Counted from the stretch's first letter, positions 25,695 through 39,745 are shown. The stretch is 64,000 bases of DNA from Heterodontus francisci (GCF_036365525.1 NC_090417.1:434001-498000); one strand, 5' to 3'. The notes: generated by a model from the sequence alone, not told the origin. Program-made: numbers and translations.

Positions 25695-26540
25695 ATTTGT
25701 GGGACGTGGGCGTCGCTGGCCAGGCCAGCATTTATTGCTCGTCCCTAATTGCCCTTGAGAAGGTGGTGGTGAGCCGCTGCAGTCCGTGTAGTAGATACAC
25801 CCACAGTGCTGCTTGGGAGGGAGTTCCAGGGTTATGACCCAGCGACAGTAAAGGAACGGTGATATAGTTCCAAGTCAGGATGGTGTGTGCCTTGGAGGGG
25901 AACTTGCAGGTGGTGGTGTCCCCAAGCATCTGCTGCTGTTGTCCTCCTAGTTGGTAGAGGTCGTGGCTTTGGAAGGTGCTGTCCAAGGAGCCGTGGTGTG
26001 TTGCTGCAGTGCATCTTGTAGATGGTACACACTGCTGCCACTGTGCATTGGTGGTGGTGGGAGTGAATGCTGAAGGTTGTGGATGGGATGCCAAGCTTCT
26101 TGCCCCATCCAGGCAAGTGAAGAGTATTCCATCACACTCCGGACTTGTGCCTTGTAGATGGTGGATAGGCATTGGGGAGTCAGGAGGTGGGTTACTTGCT
26201 ACAGAATTCCCAGCCTCTGACCTGCTCTTGTAACCACAGTATTTATGTGGCTGTTCCAGTTCAGTTTCTGGTCAATGGTGACCCCCAGGATGTTGATAGT
26301 GGGGGATTCAATGATGGTAATGCCATTGAACATCGAGGAGAGATTGTTCGATTCTCTCTTATTGGAGATGGTCATTGCCTGGCACTTGTGTGGCGCGAAT
26401 GTTACTTGCCACTTATCAGCCCAAGCCTGAATGTTGTCCAGGTCTTGCTGCATATGGACACGGACTGCTTCAGTATCTGAGAAATTGCAAATGGTGCTGA
26501 TGATTGTGTAATCATCCGCGAACATCCCCCCTTCTGACCT
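25695..26540 (-). mobile_element. Second CR1-group LINE family (Zenon-like), 3' part
   Basis: MFADD, LDNIQAWADKWQVTFAPHKC; same family as 42780-44200 and 47980-49155. Confidence 0.8.
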
Positions 26541-27431
26541 CGTGATGCATAAATATAGTTTAGTTACTGATCCATGTGGAGAGTGTCCCGAGCAATCTGT
26601 AATGCAATCGTTATCCGGTGCCTCCTGCTGGAGAGTGCCTGTGTGTGTGCACGTTGGCTGGGGCAAAATTTGGCCGAGCAGCGATGCTACCCACAGTCGA
26701 ATAGCTGGCCATCGTCCAAGCTGGCATGTAAATAGTGGTCACTTCCATAAGTAGACATGTTCCAGCAGGGGTAGCTGAATGATAATCAGGAATAGGAACC
26801 CTGGCTAATTTGCCTCCTTCCGAGTCCAGGGACACAGAAGGCAACTGTATTGCTCCCACTGCTGTCTTGGCTGTCAGCTAATCTCAGCATGGAGCAGGAT
26901 TTAATCTGGGATCTTGTAGCCTAGCTGGCTCAGTATCACAGTGCATGGCAGTTTCACTGTCTGTGTGACAAAGAGCACTGTGTACTGTTTTACCACTTAT
27001 TAATGAAACCCTTCTATTTCCTTCTTTCACTCTGAGACACTTTCACATGACTTTAAACACTCTTTGAAAGGAAACCATCATTGGAATGGAGCAGGCATTA
27101 ATATTCAAGCCAAGCACCCACGAAAAGAATTTGCAGCTTCAGCCTCCTTTTTTTTTGAGTGCGTCAAAGCAGCGATGAAAATAAACGATGTTTTCCTAAT
27201 CGGAACAAAAGCAGACCCCCCGGGGACCCACGTCCCCTCATCTAATGCCACCCCTCCTCTTCCTCCCCTTGGCCTGTTTTTCGCCCCCCCCCCCAAAAGT
27301 TGCCCCCCGCCCCATCGCCTTCCCCCATCTCGCCCCCAGCTGCCCGGGCTTCAGCGAGTTTATCCATTGGTAAGATCACACGAGCTGGATCACAAATTCA
27401 GTTCCTGGTCTGTGCTGAGCTGGGGCATTAT

Positions 27432-29746
27432 TGTCAAGAAAACACGATATGCCAAATGAGAAATATTAATTATCGGTTGGAAACCTACATTAGACTTTCA
27501 ATGGAAAAAATCCTGCAGTGAACTTTTAAAAAATGGGCAGCCAAGATGGCCACTGCAATTTGCATCTGAAACACGTATGAACATTCCAAGGCCCAACCGG
27601 AGACAGAAGTCTAAGAAGCCCAGGTCCCAGAACAATGGCTTGCTCAAAGTAATTGAATTACCCAGGATTGTTTCATTAGCATAGCAGTCAAGGCCATCCT
27701 GACACATTGACTTTGAAAGAGCAAACCCCTCCGAGTGTAAATATTGGCAACCCGGGGCCTGTGGAGCCAATTCTGAACATTGCATCTCGTTGAAGGTTCC
27801 AGAGAATACACTGAGGCAGTCATGTGACTGTCTATCCATCTCTGAAAAACTGGGAGTTTTGTTATACACAGGATAGATAAGGATGTGGTGTATTTGGACT
27901 TTCAGAAGGCTTTCGATAAGGTCCCACATAAGAAATTAGCATGCAAAATTAAAGCACGTGGAATTGGGGGTAAGGTACTGACATGGATAGAGAACTGGTT
28001 GGCAGACAGGAAACAAAGAGTAGGGATAAACAGGTCTTTTTCCGAGTGGCAGGCAGTGACTAGTGGGGTACTACAGGAATCAGTGCTAGGACCCCAGCTA
28101 CTCACAATATATATTAATGATATAGATGAAGGAATTAAACGTAATATATCCAAGTTTGCAGACGACACAAAGCTGGGTGGGAGTGTGAGCCGTGAGGAGG
28201 ATGCAAAGAAGCTCCAGTGTGATTTGGACAGGTTGAGTGAGTGGGCAAATACATGGCAGATGCAGTATAATGTGGATAAATATGAGGTTATCTACTTTGG
28301 TGGCAAAACCAGGAAGGCAGATTATTATCTGAACGGCGATAGATTGGGAAAGGGGGAGGTGCAGCGAGACCTGGGTGCCCTTGTGCACCAGTCGCTGAAA
28401 GTAAGCATGCAGGTGCAGCAGGCAGTTAAGAAGGCAAATGGTACATTGGCCTTCATAGCGAGAGGATTCGAGTACAGGAGCAAGGATGTCTTGCTGCAAT
28501 TATACGAGGCCTTGGTGAGACAACATCTGGAGTATTGTGTGTAGTTTTGGTCTCCTTATCTGAGGAAGGATGTTCTTGCTATGGAGGGAGTGCAGCAAAG
28601 GTTCACCAGACTGATTCCTGGGATGGCAGGACTGACATATGAAGAGAGATTGGGTCGATTAGGCTTGTATTGCCTGAAGTTTAGAAGAACGAGAGGGGAT
28701 CTCATAGAAACCTACAAAATTCTAATAGGACTGGACAGACTGGATGCAGGAAGGATGTTCCCGATAGTGGGGGAGTCCAGAACCAGGGGTCACAGTCTAA
28801 GGATAAGGGCTAAGCCATTTAGGACTGAGATGAGGAGGGATTTCTTCACCTCGAGAGTGGTGAACCTGTGGAATTCTCTATCACAGAAAGCAGTTGAGGC
28901 CAAATCATTAAATATATTCAAGAAAGAGTTAGATATAGTTGTTAGGGCTAAAGGGATCAAAGGATATGGGGAGAAAGCAGGAACAGGTTACTGAGTTTGG
29001 ATGAAATGCTATGATCGTATTGAATGGCAGTGCAGGCTCGAAGGGCCGAATGGCCTACTCCTGCTCCTATTCTATGTTTTCTATGTTTCTAAAAAGACAA
29101 ACAGTAAGTGAGACTGCAGCAGCAGAGAAGGCTGTGTGCCTCTCTTTCTCTCTGTCTCTCTTTCTCTCTCCCCAGAAAACACCAAGTTTGAAAACCATCT
29201 GCGACTGTGGGCCCTACAAGTCTACAGACTGCTACAGAGACCAGGGGAAAATAGCCACTTACAAGACTGCCTCCAAGAAAACCCTGGGCCAAGCGCACCA
29301 GCCACAAAGTGCACTTTGACCAGGCAAAGGCTTCAAGAATACAACTCCAGCCGGCAGACCACCGAATCATCCAACCTCAGACTGTGTATTCAACTTTTAC
29401 TTGTTCTGGACTTTAATCAAACTGAAAAAACCCACTTGCCACTCTGCGATCTATTTGTGACTGTGTGAGATCAGCGTGTGAATGTGTGTGTGAACGTGTA
29501 GCATTTTTAAAATTATGTTTGGATCGGGTTTAGCTTATTAAGTATAATAAACTTACCTCTTTCTTGTTTAAACGCAAGAAAACCTGTCCAATTGGTTGCT
29601 TTATGATCACATTGACGGTGAAAAGTAAAACACTCACTGAGGTGGTAAGAACAACCGTTGTTTAAAAGGAATAAATCCTGTTGCGGTCAAATAAGAGGAA
29701 GGGCAAGAGGGGCGACTGTGACCCCCCTCCTCACCTGGCCGTAACA
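27432..29746 (+). mobile_element. LTR-like element interrupted by a CR1 copy
   Basis: Begins TGTCAAG, ends CGTAACA; 27432-27570 is the reverse complement of 33180-33324; the end resembles the 14218 LTR terminus inverted; no TSD seen. Confidence 0.6.
27870..29090 (+). mobile_element. CR1 LINE RT fragment
   Basis: YLDFQKAFDKVPH...FADD ORF 27885-28544, premature stop, then 28581-28994 and tail. Confidence 0.93.
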
Positions 29747-31171
29747 TGTCTCAAACAAGCCCCACTTCAGGTTAGGGGAGAACAGGGAGGACAATGAGTC
29801 CAGCTTCCCACTGCTGATCACTGAAGGCAACTGTATTGGTCCCACTGCTGCTTTGACTATCTGGTAATCTCGGCCCGGGATTTATTCGCGCCACACAAGT
29901 GTCAGGCAATGACCGTCTCCAATAAGAGAGAATCCAACCATCTCCTCTTGATGTTCAATGGCATTGCCGTTGCTGAATCCCCCACCATCAACATCCTTGG
30001 GGGGGTGGGGGGGAGGTCGCCATTGACCGGGAACTGAACTGGAGCGGTTGCACAGCGTTTTCAAACACGCACACAGCCCGAGCACTGGCCACATTCCCCC
30101 AGAATGAAGTTTTTTTAAAACAAAACTCAATTCCAGAATGTACCATGGTTCTGATAGAAGCTGCAGCCTCTGGGTCACCAGTTTTAAAAAAAATTCTCTC
30201 CTGGGATGTGGGCATCGCTGGCAGGGCCAGCAGTTGTTGCCCATCCCTAATTGCCCTTGACAACTGAGTGGCTTGCTAGGCTATTTCAGAGGGCAGTTAA
30301 ATCACATTGCTGTGGATCTGGAGTCACATGTCAGGCAGACCAGATAAGGACGGCAGACTTCCTTCCCAGCTGTTATGGTTGGATTTGAACCTGTTACCAC
30401 TACGCCACTGCCTTCCCTGAACATGTGCCCATAAACAGGCTCGAGCATCCTCACAGCTGTACCCAGCAGCGAACCCAGTCCCTGAAGGAGGAGCAAAGTT
30501 AGCAAAAACAAAAGCATGTTGCCCATTTGAGAAGCATCGGGAGTTACAAGACCTGCCGACCTTTGTTCTAGGAGAGTCTTTTACGGCACAAGAGGAGGCT
30601 ATTCGGCCCATCGAGTCCACGTCGGCTCTCTGCAGAGCCATCCAGTCAGTCCAGCTCCCCCGCTCTGCCCCCCAAGCCCTGCAAGTTTATTTCCAAGTGC
30701 CCATCCAATTTCCTTTTGAAGTCATTGATCGTCTCCGCTTCCACCCACCCTCGTGGGCAGCGAGTTCCAGGTCATTACCACCTGCTGTGTAAAAAAGTTC
30801 TTCCTCATATTCCCCCTGCATCTCCTGCCCAAAACCTTCGATCTGTGTCCCCTAGTCCTTGTACCATCAGTTGATCAGAAGTTTTTCCTTGTCTATCTAA
30901 TCCTGTCAGAATCTTGCACACTCTATCAAATCTCCTCTCAATCTCCTTTTCTCCAAGGAGAACAATCACAGCTTTTCCAACCCAAATTTATAGTTAAAAT
31001 CCCTCATCCCTTCTAGTAAATCTCCTCTGCACCCTCTCGAGGACCCTCACACCCTTCCCAAAGTGTGGTGGCATTTCATTCAGAAGCACCAGTCAGCATG
31101 ATTTAAATGGGCATGATATACATTATATACACACATAAGATCAAGTATAAAGGGCAGGAGGTAGGTGCTAA

Positions 31172-31418
31172 TTCCCGGAAGCTGGGTTTGCGGGGGAAGG
31201 AGGAGTTGCCAGGGGAAATCCAGTCCTGTTCCGAGTCCGAAATAGACGCAGCAAGTCGCACAGTGGGAAGCAAAGCAAAGGGACGGAGAGAGAGAGAGAG
31301 AGGAGGCGAGCAGCAATGGTAAGTAAAGATTCCAGCCTTTAACATGGACTGTGTTCCCCCTCTGTGCCACTATGGCTCTCGCTTTATTTCTAGGCAGAGT
31401 GGAAAATGAAATTGAAAG
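31172..31418 (+). promoter_or_regulatory. VAMP5 promoter / intron 1 motifs: GAS and tandem IRF element
   Basis: TTCCCGGAA at 31172-31180; GGGGAAATCC (kB-like) at 31212-31221; GAAAATGAAATTGAAAG at 31402-31418. Confidence 0.55.
31316..31318 (+). CDS. VAMP5: VAMP5 coding exon 1 (ATG only)
   Basis: gcagcaATG|gtaagt at the end of a purine-rich leader; phase 0 matches exon 2. Confidence 0.78.
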
Positions 31419-32484
31419 AACAAAAGGACCGGCACTCGCAGGGTCACTTTAAAGGGCGATCGAGATGATCTGAAGTTTCAAACCGAAGTCTCTCCAGGAC
31501 CACTCCTGGTCCAAGGGCCACTGACTCGGCCCTTTACTTAGTTGTATATTCTGTCCTGCTGCAAAACTGCACGCTGGGTTGAGCTGATCTTAGGTCCCCG
31601 CCCCAAACTGAACGCAAAACAAAGCACTAAAATCAAAGCGAAAATACTGCTGGAAATCTGGAATGGAAACAGGGAGTGCTGGAAATGCTCAGCAGGTCTG
31701 GCAGCATCTGTGGGAGAGAGTCAACATTTCAGTGTACTGAAATGAAATAGAAAGCACCATGCAGATGAACCTGTTTGACGGGAGTCTGACAGGGGTGGGA
31801 GGTACATATCTGTTTCAGTCGTCCTGGGCTTGCTGGGGCGTGGAAAATCAGACACATAGAGTCATTTATAGCACCGATGGAGGACATTGGGCCCATCGAG
31901 TCCATGCCAGCCCTCCGCGGAGCTATCCAGTCAGACCCACTCCCCCGCTCGCTCCCTGTAGCCCTGCAAGTCTATTTCCTTCAAGTGTCCATCCAGTTTC
32001 CTCTTAAAGTCATTGATCCACCTCCACCAACCCTGTGAGCAGCGAGTTCCAGATCATTACCACCCGCTGCGTAAAGAAATGCTTCCTCATATTCCCCCTC
32101 TTGCTCAAAACCTTCGATCTGTGTCCCCTAGCCCTTGTACCACTCATTAATGGTAACAGTGTTTCCTTGTCTAACTTAGCTGTCATAATCATGTCACACT
32201 TCTATTAAATCGCCCCTCCAATCTCTTTTGTTCTAATGAGAACAAACCCAGCTTTTCCCAACCTAACCCTGAAATGTCCCTAAATTCCACCAGCTGCTGT
32301 GGTGGGATTTGAACCCGTATCCTCAGGGAATTAGCCTAGGACTCGGGATTATCAGTCACGTTACCACCAGGCCACATCTCCTCGATCACCCAAAGCTCTG
32401 CGTTCTTACCCGCGTCAAGTCCCGTTCGCCCATCACCCCTGAGCTCGCTGTCCTACATTGGCTCCCAGTTAAGCAACGCTTTGG

Positions 32485-33324
32485 TTTTATTTCACACGAG
32501 AATCACACACACACAAATAGATTAAAGAGGGAAACAGATTTGGTGGTTGGATTAAAGTCCAGAATAAATGGAACTTAAATCCAGTCTGTAAATCCAGTAG
32601 TCCTTGGCTGAAGCTGTATTCTTGAAGTCCCTGCTGGTCAAAGTGCACTTTGGTTGGTTGGATTGCTTTGCTCAGAGTTTTCCTGAAGGCAGAATTGGGA
32701 GTTGATTCTCTTCCCCTGGTTACTGGCTGTAGCGGTCTGTAGGCTTGGAGGGTCCCTTAGTCGCAGACGGTTCTTTTCTTGATATTTTCTGGGGAAGGAG
32801 GGGGGAGAGAGAGAGAGAGAGAGACAGGGGAGCAGCCGCCTTCTTTCATGCTGTACCGTCAGTTACTGCCCGTCTGCTGTCTGTGTCACAAAACTTCTAG
32901 TTTCTTCAGAGATGAGCAGGCACTCACACGGTTCTATCAACCCCCTTTTGTTTCTAATGAGGTTTTTCTGGACTCTTCTAATGAAATTCAAGGTTTCCAC
33001 ATGCCCCAGGATGTCCCTTCGCACCTGGAGGGGGGTTGTCTCTTTCAAAGTCAGTGGGTGGTGATGGCCTTGACGGTCATGCTAATGAAGCCATTCTAGG
33101 TAATTCAGTCACTTAAAGTAAGCCATTGTCCTGGCTGGGCTTCTTGTTAGACTTTTGTTTCCAGTCCAATCTCCTGGTATTTCAGATGTAAATGGCAGTG
33201 GCCATCTTGGCTGCTAGTTTTTTTAAAAGTTACTTGTAGGGTTTCTTTCCATTCAAAGTCTAAGGTAAGTTTCCAACCAATGAAATTAATATTTCCCATT
33301 TGGCATATAGGGTTTTTCCTGACA
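32485..33324 (-). mobile_element. LTR-like fragment in VAMP5 intron 1
   Basis: Inverse homology to the start of the 27432 element; ends ...CCTGACA. Confidence 0.55.
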
Positions 33325-35249
33325 ACACTACTACTTAAAATAATGAGAACTGATTTGATGTCCTTGCAAAAGAAAAATCAGAAATTAGTGGAAACGTAAT
33401 GCAGGTTGATCAGCGTCTGGAAGAGAGAGATGGAGTAGTATTCTGGGTGGGGTCCTTTGTTAGAATTCAAATCTTATGTAACATTTGATCAGAGATAATT
33501 ACTGCAAAGAGTTGAGGAGTCGCAAGCAGTTTAGTTGAAAGTTTTAGTTGAAAGTACCAGTCCTGGTTCGGATGGACGGAATGGCCTTGTCTCTGCTGAC
33601 TCCCGTAACTATCTTGTTACAGCCAGGTGGGTGATGGAGTGTCTTGTTCCCACTGTTCACATGGCCTCCTCTGTGTTGTGACCATACAATGGCCTAGGAT
33701 GTGGCTGCTTCACACCCTCATTGTTTCAGAAGAACCCATTCAATTCAGGAATATCTCGATGATTTCAGGATGGGTGTAATTGACACCTCTTAGCCTGGAA
33801 TGTGTCCTTTTGCCCTGAACAGACAGTGAGACAGTTTGAATGTACAGGTCAAGTCAGCTGATCTGAGCAGGCAGCCATTTAGCAGCACATTGTCCACTTT
33901 TTAAAGGAAAAGTCAATTTTTTCATAACTCTTCAGTTTGGTTCTGTATTTTCATCGCTGTACTTCTCTTGGGTGTGACAATTTCTTGCACGCCTTTAGGC
34001 TGATCAGGGTATTAAGTTGAAGCTAGCAACTCTAAAGAGCCTCCTCTCCTTGTCTGTGTTTTTTCCTCTTGACTGCCTAGTTATATACTTTATTTAAGGG
34101 ATGGTGGGTATCTGATGCCAATCACTTGTTCAATTACATCTTCCCATCCAATTGTCCAATTGCCAGAGGACAGGTACCCAAGGTTTACCTCTTTCACTCC
34201 AGCCCCCGGCTCGTGAGGTCATCTCTCTGCTTATGTCTTGGAAGGACATCGGCTTAATTTTACCCAGGCAGTTGTTAAGTGGCCATGAGGTTCCATCCTA
34301 CCAATGCCTACACAAAGGCCAGCTTCTATGTTGTGCCAATGGCTTTCTGATGAAAACGCAAATCTCTCCTGACTGCTATTCTGCGTCTGCATCTGCGAGT
34401 GCTTTGGCAAGCTGCTGAAGGATGTTCTTAATAAGGGAGAAAGAGAGAGAGCTGCTTCTAAGCGATTCAGTTAATTTCTTAAGATTTTATAAGGTCATTA
34501 GACAGCCGTTTCTTACAGCCAAAGCACTTTTCTCTTTTGGATGCTTATTGGCTTATTATTCATTACTAACGTATTTTCTGTTTTCATTTTTGTAATCAGT
34601 AATATTGGCAATTGGTCATTCTTGAAAGCTGTAGTGATGGTAATAAAATGACTTGAGGTACCTACGCTGCCTGTCAATCATGATTTTAAAAAGAATGCCA
34701 AAGACCCACGTTATCTTAAGGTTGGTCAGACCCCAGCTCGAGTACTGCATTCAGTTTTGGGCACTGAACCTACGTCCAGTTGCAAGGAAACTCTTGAATG
34801 CTTTCACTGCCCTTGTCACTTCTCTTGAAACAGTGCCTATTGATGCAGACACAGGCACAGCAACTCTGGTACCTTGTCGTAAACCAAAACGTTGTTCTCT
34901 GCAAACATTGCCAAGTGTTTGCGAATAAAACTGAAAAGCAGAGAAAATCCAGCCAAGCTGACAGCACCCTAAAGTGACTTAATAATGAGTGATGTTGTAT
35001 TAGGACAAAACAACAAATACTGTGTGAAGTTGCAACTCTTTTTCCTCAAAGGTGAGCTAATGGTGCACCTCCCGTGGAAACCAACAAAAAATAAAACAGC
35101 AAAGCAAAAATACCAAACTGAATTTTAACATCAATGTACGAGTGAAAATGGACAACACTGTTGTGTGAAGCGAGAACAAATAATTCAAAATCCCAACAAA
35201 TAGTCATTTGGTAGTACAGAACTTGAGTATTGCTGAAAATAGAGACATA

Positions 35250-35285
35250 TTGTTGAAGCTTTTCATCTTGCACTCATCAGGACAA
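35250..35285 (-). ncRNA. Minimal hammerhead motif, second copy (Penelope-like fragment 35232-35307)
   Basis: TTGTC-CTGATGA-GTGCAAGAT-GAAA-AGCT-TC-AACAA. Confidence 0.55.
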
Positions 35286-35307
35286 TCTGCAAGAATACCA
35301 ATGTAAG

Positions 35308-37735
35308 TCACAAGGCTGAGGACTACACGGATAGCACGTTTAGGGGGGTGGTCACACCACAGGTTAGAAGTATGCAGGCAGATAGAGAATGGGTGACTGC
35401 CAGGCAGTCTAAGAGAACCAGGCGGGTAATGCAGGAGTCCTCTGAGACGATCTCACTCGCTAATTGGTTTTCCATTTTGGATGCTGGTGAGGGTGATGGT
35501 TCCTCAGAGGAGTGCAGTCAGAGCCGAGTTTGTGACACCACAGGTGGGTCAGCTGCACAGGAAGGGAGGAAGAAGAGTGGAAGAGCAGTAGTGATTGGAG
35601 ATTCGTTAGTTAGGGGAACAGACAGGCGTTTCTGCGGTGGTAAATGTGACTTCAGGATGGTGTGTTGCCTCACTGGTGCCAGGGTCAAGGATGTCATGGA
35701 GCGGCTGTAGGACATTCTTCTGGGGGAGGGTGAACAGCCAGAAGTCGTGGTCCACATCAGTACCAATGACATAGGTAAGAAGGGGGATGAGGTCCCGAAA
35801 GCAGATTTTAGGGAGCTAGGAAGGAGATTAAAAAGCAGGACCTCTAAAGCAGTAATCTCAGGATTACTCCCAATCCCACGTGCAAGTGAATAGGAGAATT
35901 GAGCGATTGAACACGTGGCTGGAGAACTGGTGTAGGAGGGAGGGCATCAGATTTCTGAGACATTGGGACTGGTTCTTGGGCAGGTGGGACCTGTACAAGA
36001 TGGACGGGTTACAACTTAGCAGGACGAGGACGAATATCCTCGCAGGGAGATTTACTAGTGCTGTTGGGGAGGGTTTAAACTAAATTGTCAGGGGAATGGG
36101 AACCTGAGAGGGAGCTCAGATTGGAAGGAAGCAAAACTGGCAACTTGTCTGGGGTGTGGGATCTAGGAGCAAGTATTAGAAAGGAATACCAAGGTGCACA
36201 GAATACTGGGGGAGATAGATAGCACAGGAGTAGGGAATAATAAGTTATTAGGTGGGGTCAGAGTAAGGGAGAAAGTAATAAAATCTGAATCAGGGTTAAT
36301 GTGCATGTATGTGAATACACGGAGTGTGGTTAATAAGACTGGTGAGGTACATGCACAGATTGCCATATGGAAATATGATGTTGTGGCTATAACAGAGACC
36401 TGGCTCAAAGAAAGGCAAGACTGGGTGTTAAATATTCCAGGTGTTCAGGAAAGATAGGAAAGGGAAAAATAGATTAAGGAGAGCATTGCAGTGCTGGAGA
36501 AAAAGGATGTCCCAGAGGGATCAAGGACAGAATCAATTTAGCTAGAGTTAAGGAACAAAAAAGGTACAGTGACATTGCTCGGTGTTGTCTATAGGCAAAC
36601 TAGTGGAAAGGACCTGGAGGAACAAATTTGCAAGGAAATTACAGAAAGGTGTAAAAATTATAGGGTATTTATAATGGGGGACTTTAATTATCCAAACATA
36701 GACTGGGATAATAGTAGTGTAAAGGGCAGTGAGGGGCAGGAGTTCCTAGAGTGCGTTCAGGAAAAGATTCTCCAACACTAAATTGCGAGTCCAACGAGAA
36801 AGGAAGCACTGCTAGACCTGGCTCTTGGAATGAGGTGGGCCAAGAGGAGAGCATTTAGGGGATAGTGATCATTGTAACATAAGGTTTAGGCTGACTATGG
36901 AAAAGGACAAAGAGTAGTCCATGGTAAGAACAATTAACTGGGGGAAGGAGGATTGGGGCAGATTAGGGGCCAGAAAGGGGATTTACACATGGAGGCAGAG
37001 GGCATAGCCAATGTATTAAATGAATACTTTGCATCCGTCTTTACCAAGGAAGGAGATGCAACCCAGGTAATGTTGGAAGAGGAGGTAAGTCAGACACTAG
37101 AGGGGTTTAAAATTGATAAAGAAGTATTAGATAGGCTGTCTGTACTTAAAATGATAAAGCGCCAGGGCCAGATGAGATGCCTCCAAGGATACTGAGGGAA
37201 GTGAGGGTGGAAATCGCAGAGGCACTGGCCATAATTTTTCAGTCTTCCTTAGACTCAGGTGTGGTGCCAGAGGACTGGAAAATTACAAACGTTACACCCT
37301 TGTTCAAAAAAAGGGTGTAAAGATAAGCCCAGCAACTAAAGGCCAGTCAGTTTAACTTCGGTGGTGGGAAAACTTCGAAAAAAAAAATTAGGGACAAAAT
37401 CAATAGTCACAAGGACAAATGTAAGTTAATTAAGGAAAGCCAGCATGGATTTCTTAAGGAAAAATCATGTTTAACTAACTTGCTGGAGTTTTTTGAGGAG
37501 CTAGCAGAGGAGGTTAATGAGGGCAATGTTGTTGATGTGGTGTACATGGACTTTCAAAAGCCTTTTGATGCAGTGCCACACAACAGACTTGTCAGCAAAC
37601 TTGTAGCTCATGGAATAAAAGGGACGGTAGCAACATGGATACGAAATTGGCTGAGTGACAGGAAACAAAGAGAAGTGATTAATGGATGTTTTCGGTCTGG
37701 AGGAAGGTATGTCGTGGCGTTCCCCAGGGATCAGT
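35308..37735 (+). mobile_element. Degenerate CR1 LINE with ORF1 esterase region and start of ORF2
   Basis: ORF1 VVIGDSLVRG / CCLTGARVKDV (SGNH esterase type); ORF2 endonuclease AITETWL, MGDFNYP; RT YMDFQKPFD; many stops and deletions. Confidence 0.88.
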
Positions 37736-37875
37736 GGTTTTATTTGCCGGGGGTGCGGTGCTTGCAGGGGAAGTTGCTACTTTGAGGAACACAATGAAGA
37801 TCTATCACCCTATCACCTTACCATGAACTTCACAGGCTCTTTCTCAATCTCTTACTGTGATTGCATTCCTTGCAG

Positions 37876-38019
37876 AGTACAAATACTTCCAACATTAACA
37901 AACTCCAAGAACAAGCGGACGATGTCAAGGAGACCATGCTTGCAAACGTAAATAAAATAAAAGATCGAGGTGGAAAGCTGGAGGTTCTGGATGACAGAGC
38001 AGAACAGCTGTTCGAAGCT
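37876..38019 (+). CDS. VAMP5: VAMP5-like exon 2, R-SNARE motif
   Basis: ttgcag|AGT...GCT|gtgagt; STNTSNINKLQEQADDVKETMLANVNKIKDRGGKLEVLDDRAEQLFEA; lies between VAMP8 and RNF181 as VAMP5 does in mammals. Confidence 0.9.
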
Positions 38020-38902
38020 GTGAGTAACCTCTTATTTATGTTAGAATCGCTGTTTGCTTCCTCAGCTTTCATTCCGATTAATCGTCACAAGCAACTAGAC
38101 TACTTTGACTTCAGTCCATGTAAAATGATGGAAATCCATTATCAGGAGTGCATTTGAGGTTTACGTGTACAATAACAACCAAGTAAACAGCAGTCAACAT
38201 AGATTCAGACTAACCTCCTTGACTTGTAAACAAAAGTGGTACTTTGAGTGTACCTGGACTTCCAAAAGGCCTTTGACTAATTCCTGCAGAAAAGGTGATT
38301 AGTTATGCTCAAAGCTGTTTTGATTCTGGGATTCTGGGAAATGGATAAGAAATTGACTGATGGACTTAAAAGCAAGGGGTTTTTGTTAGAGAAGTTGGAG
38401 CCTAAATTGAACATCATTGTGTCTGTTTTATAGGCCAAAAAGGACAGCGTCAATTAACATTGCCCAACAGAAGGTTGAACTATATTGCCAAAAACAGCAG
38501 AATAAAAACTAGATCAAACGGTACAGTGCTCTGTATTGTGTCCAGTTCCAGGGAAGATATTCAGATGTTGGTGCCAGCCTAAAGAAGAACCATGGGCAGA
38601 ATTTTTGCCCCCATGTAGGGCAAGAGGCAGCCAGCGTGCCAGTTTGCACCTCCAACCCGCCCCCGGGGAATTTTTCCAAGCAGGATCAGGGCCAGAAGGG
38701 CTACCACAAGCGGCCAATAGCCAATTAAGGCGGGTAAACAGCCAAAGAAAGGGCAAATTTAGGACAAAACAGCAGTACGTAGAATGGATTCTTAGATACA
38801 GCAGTAGAGGCAAAGTTGTTGGAATCATTTACAGAACAACTGGATGCAGTAAAGGGGCAACGTTAGGGATGGAAGAGGTAAGTTGGGCCAAATGTAATTA
38901 TC

Positions 38903-39745
38903 TGTGATCCTGACTTGTGTTCGGTATGGATCAGAAGAATTCCACGTTCACTCCAGTTGGAGTGGGAATAAGGAAAACACTCCCAGAATAGAACACACCA
39001 CCCAGGTTTTTTTTAATGAACAACAAAACCATCAGATTATTATAAAACAAGTCTTAACTAGTAATGAAGTAAAGCTTAAACACAGAGATTTAAATTTAAA
39101 GTTCCCTTTTTACCTTCACACTCTCACATACATATTAACCGAAAAAATAAGAGGGATTTTTATAAATTCAGAGCTCTGTTACAGACAAAAATATACCTGG
39201 GAAGATTACTTGCTCATGTTTGAAGAAAACAGGAGATGAGATATGTTGTTCCAAAACTGGCATACTGTCTAACTCCTGAGTGTACCTGGAAGGCGGCATT
39301 GAAAAGTAGGCTTTCTTCAAAGACAAGAGACAAAATTAATTGACACAGTGGACTTCTTAGGGTCCTTCAGAGATGCTGAAAAGCGAGGTGGGTTGTGGTC
39401 TCCTCTCCTTTTTACACTTCTTCTGCAGACATGACATCATCTCACTCCAGAAGGTAAAAAACACTGACACACAACCAAAAAGCTTGCGAGTTTTTCTGCA
39501 CTCCTAGGTGTGCTCTGCTGCTGCTGGGCTTGTCCAATCAAGGAGCGCTCGTCACTTCTCTGCCCTTCTTACCAGGGTTTCTGTTCTATCTTTAACGTGA
39601 GTCATGTGACAGCTAGTAACATTGTTGCCACCAGTCCCTTCAGTGCCCCCCCTTGATGGCTCTTTTTTTAACAACAAAAACTGGTCCCATATTTATTCAG
39701 TTTGACTATGAATTCCTTGTAAAAAAAAAGTTAACAAACATAACA
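38903..39745. mobile_element. Probable solo LTR in VAMP5 intron 2
   Basis: TGTGAT...ATAACA termini; flanks ATTATC / ATAATC (5 of 6 match). Confidence 0.55.
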
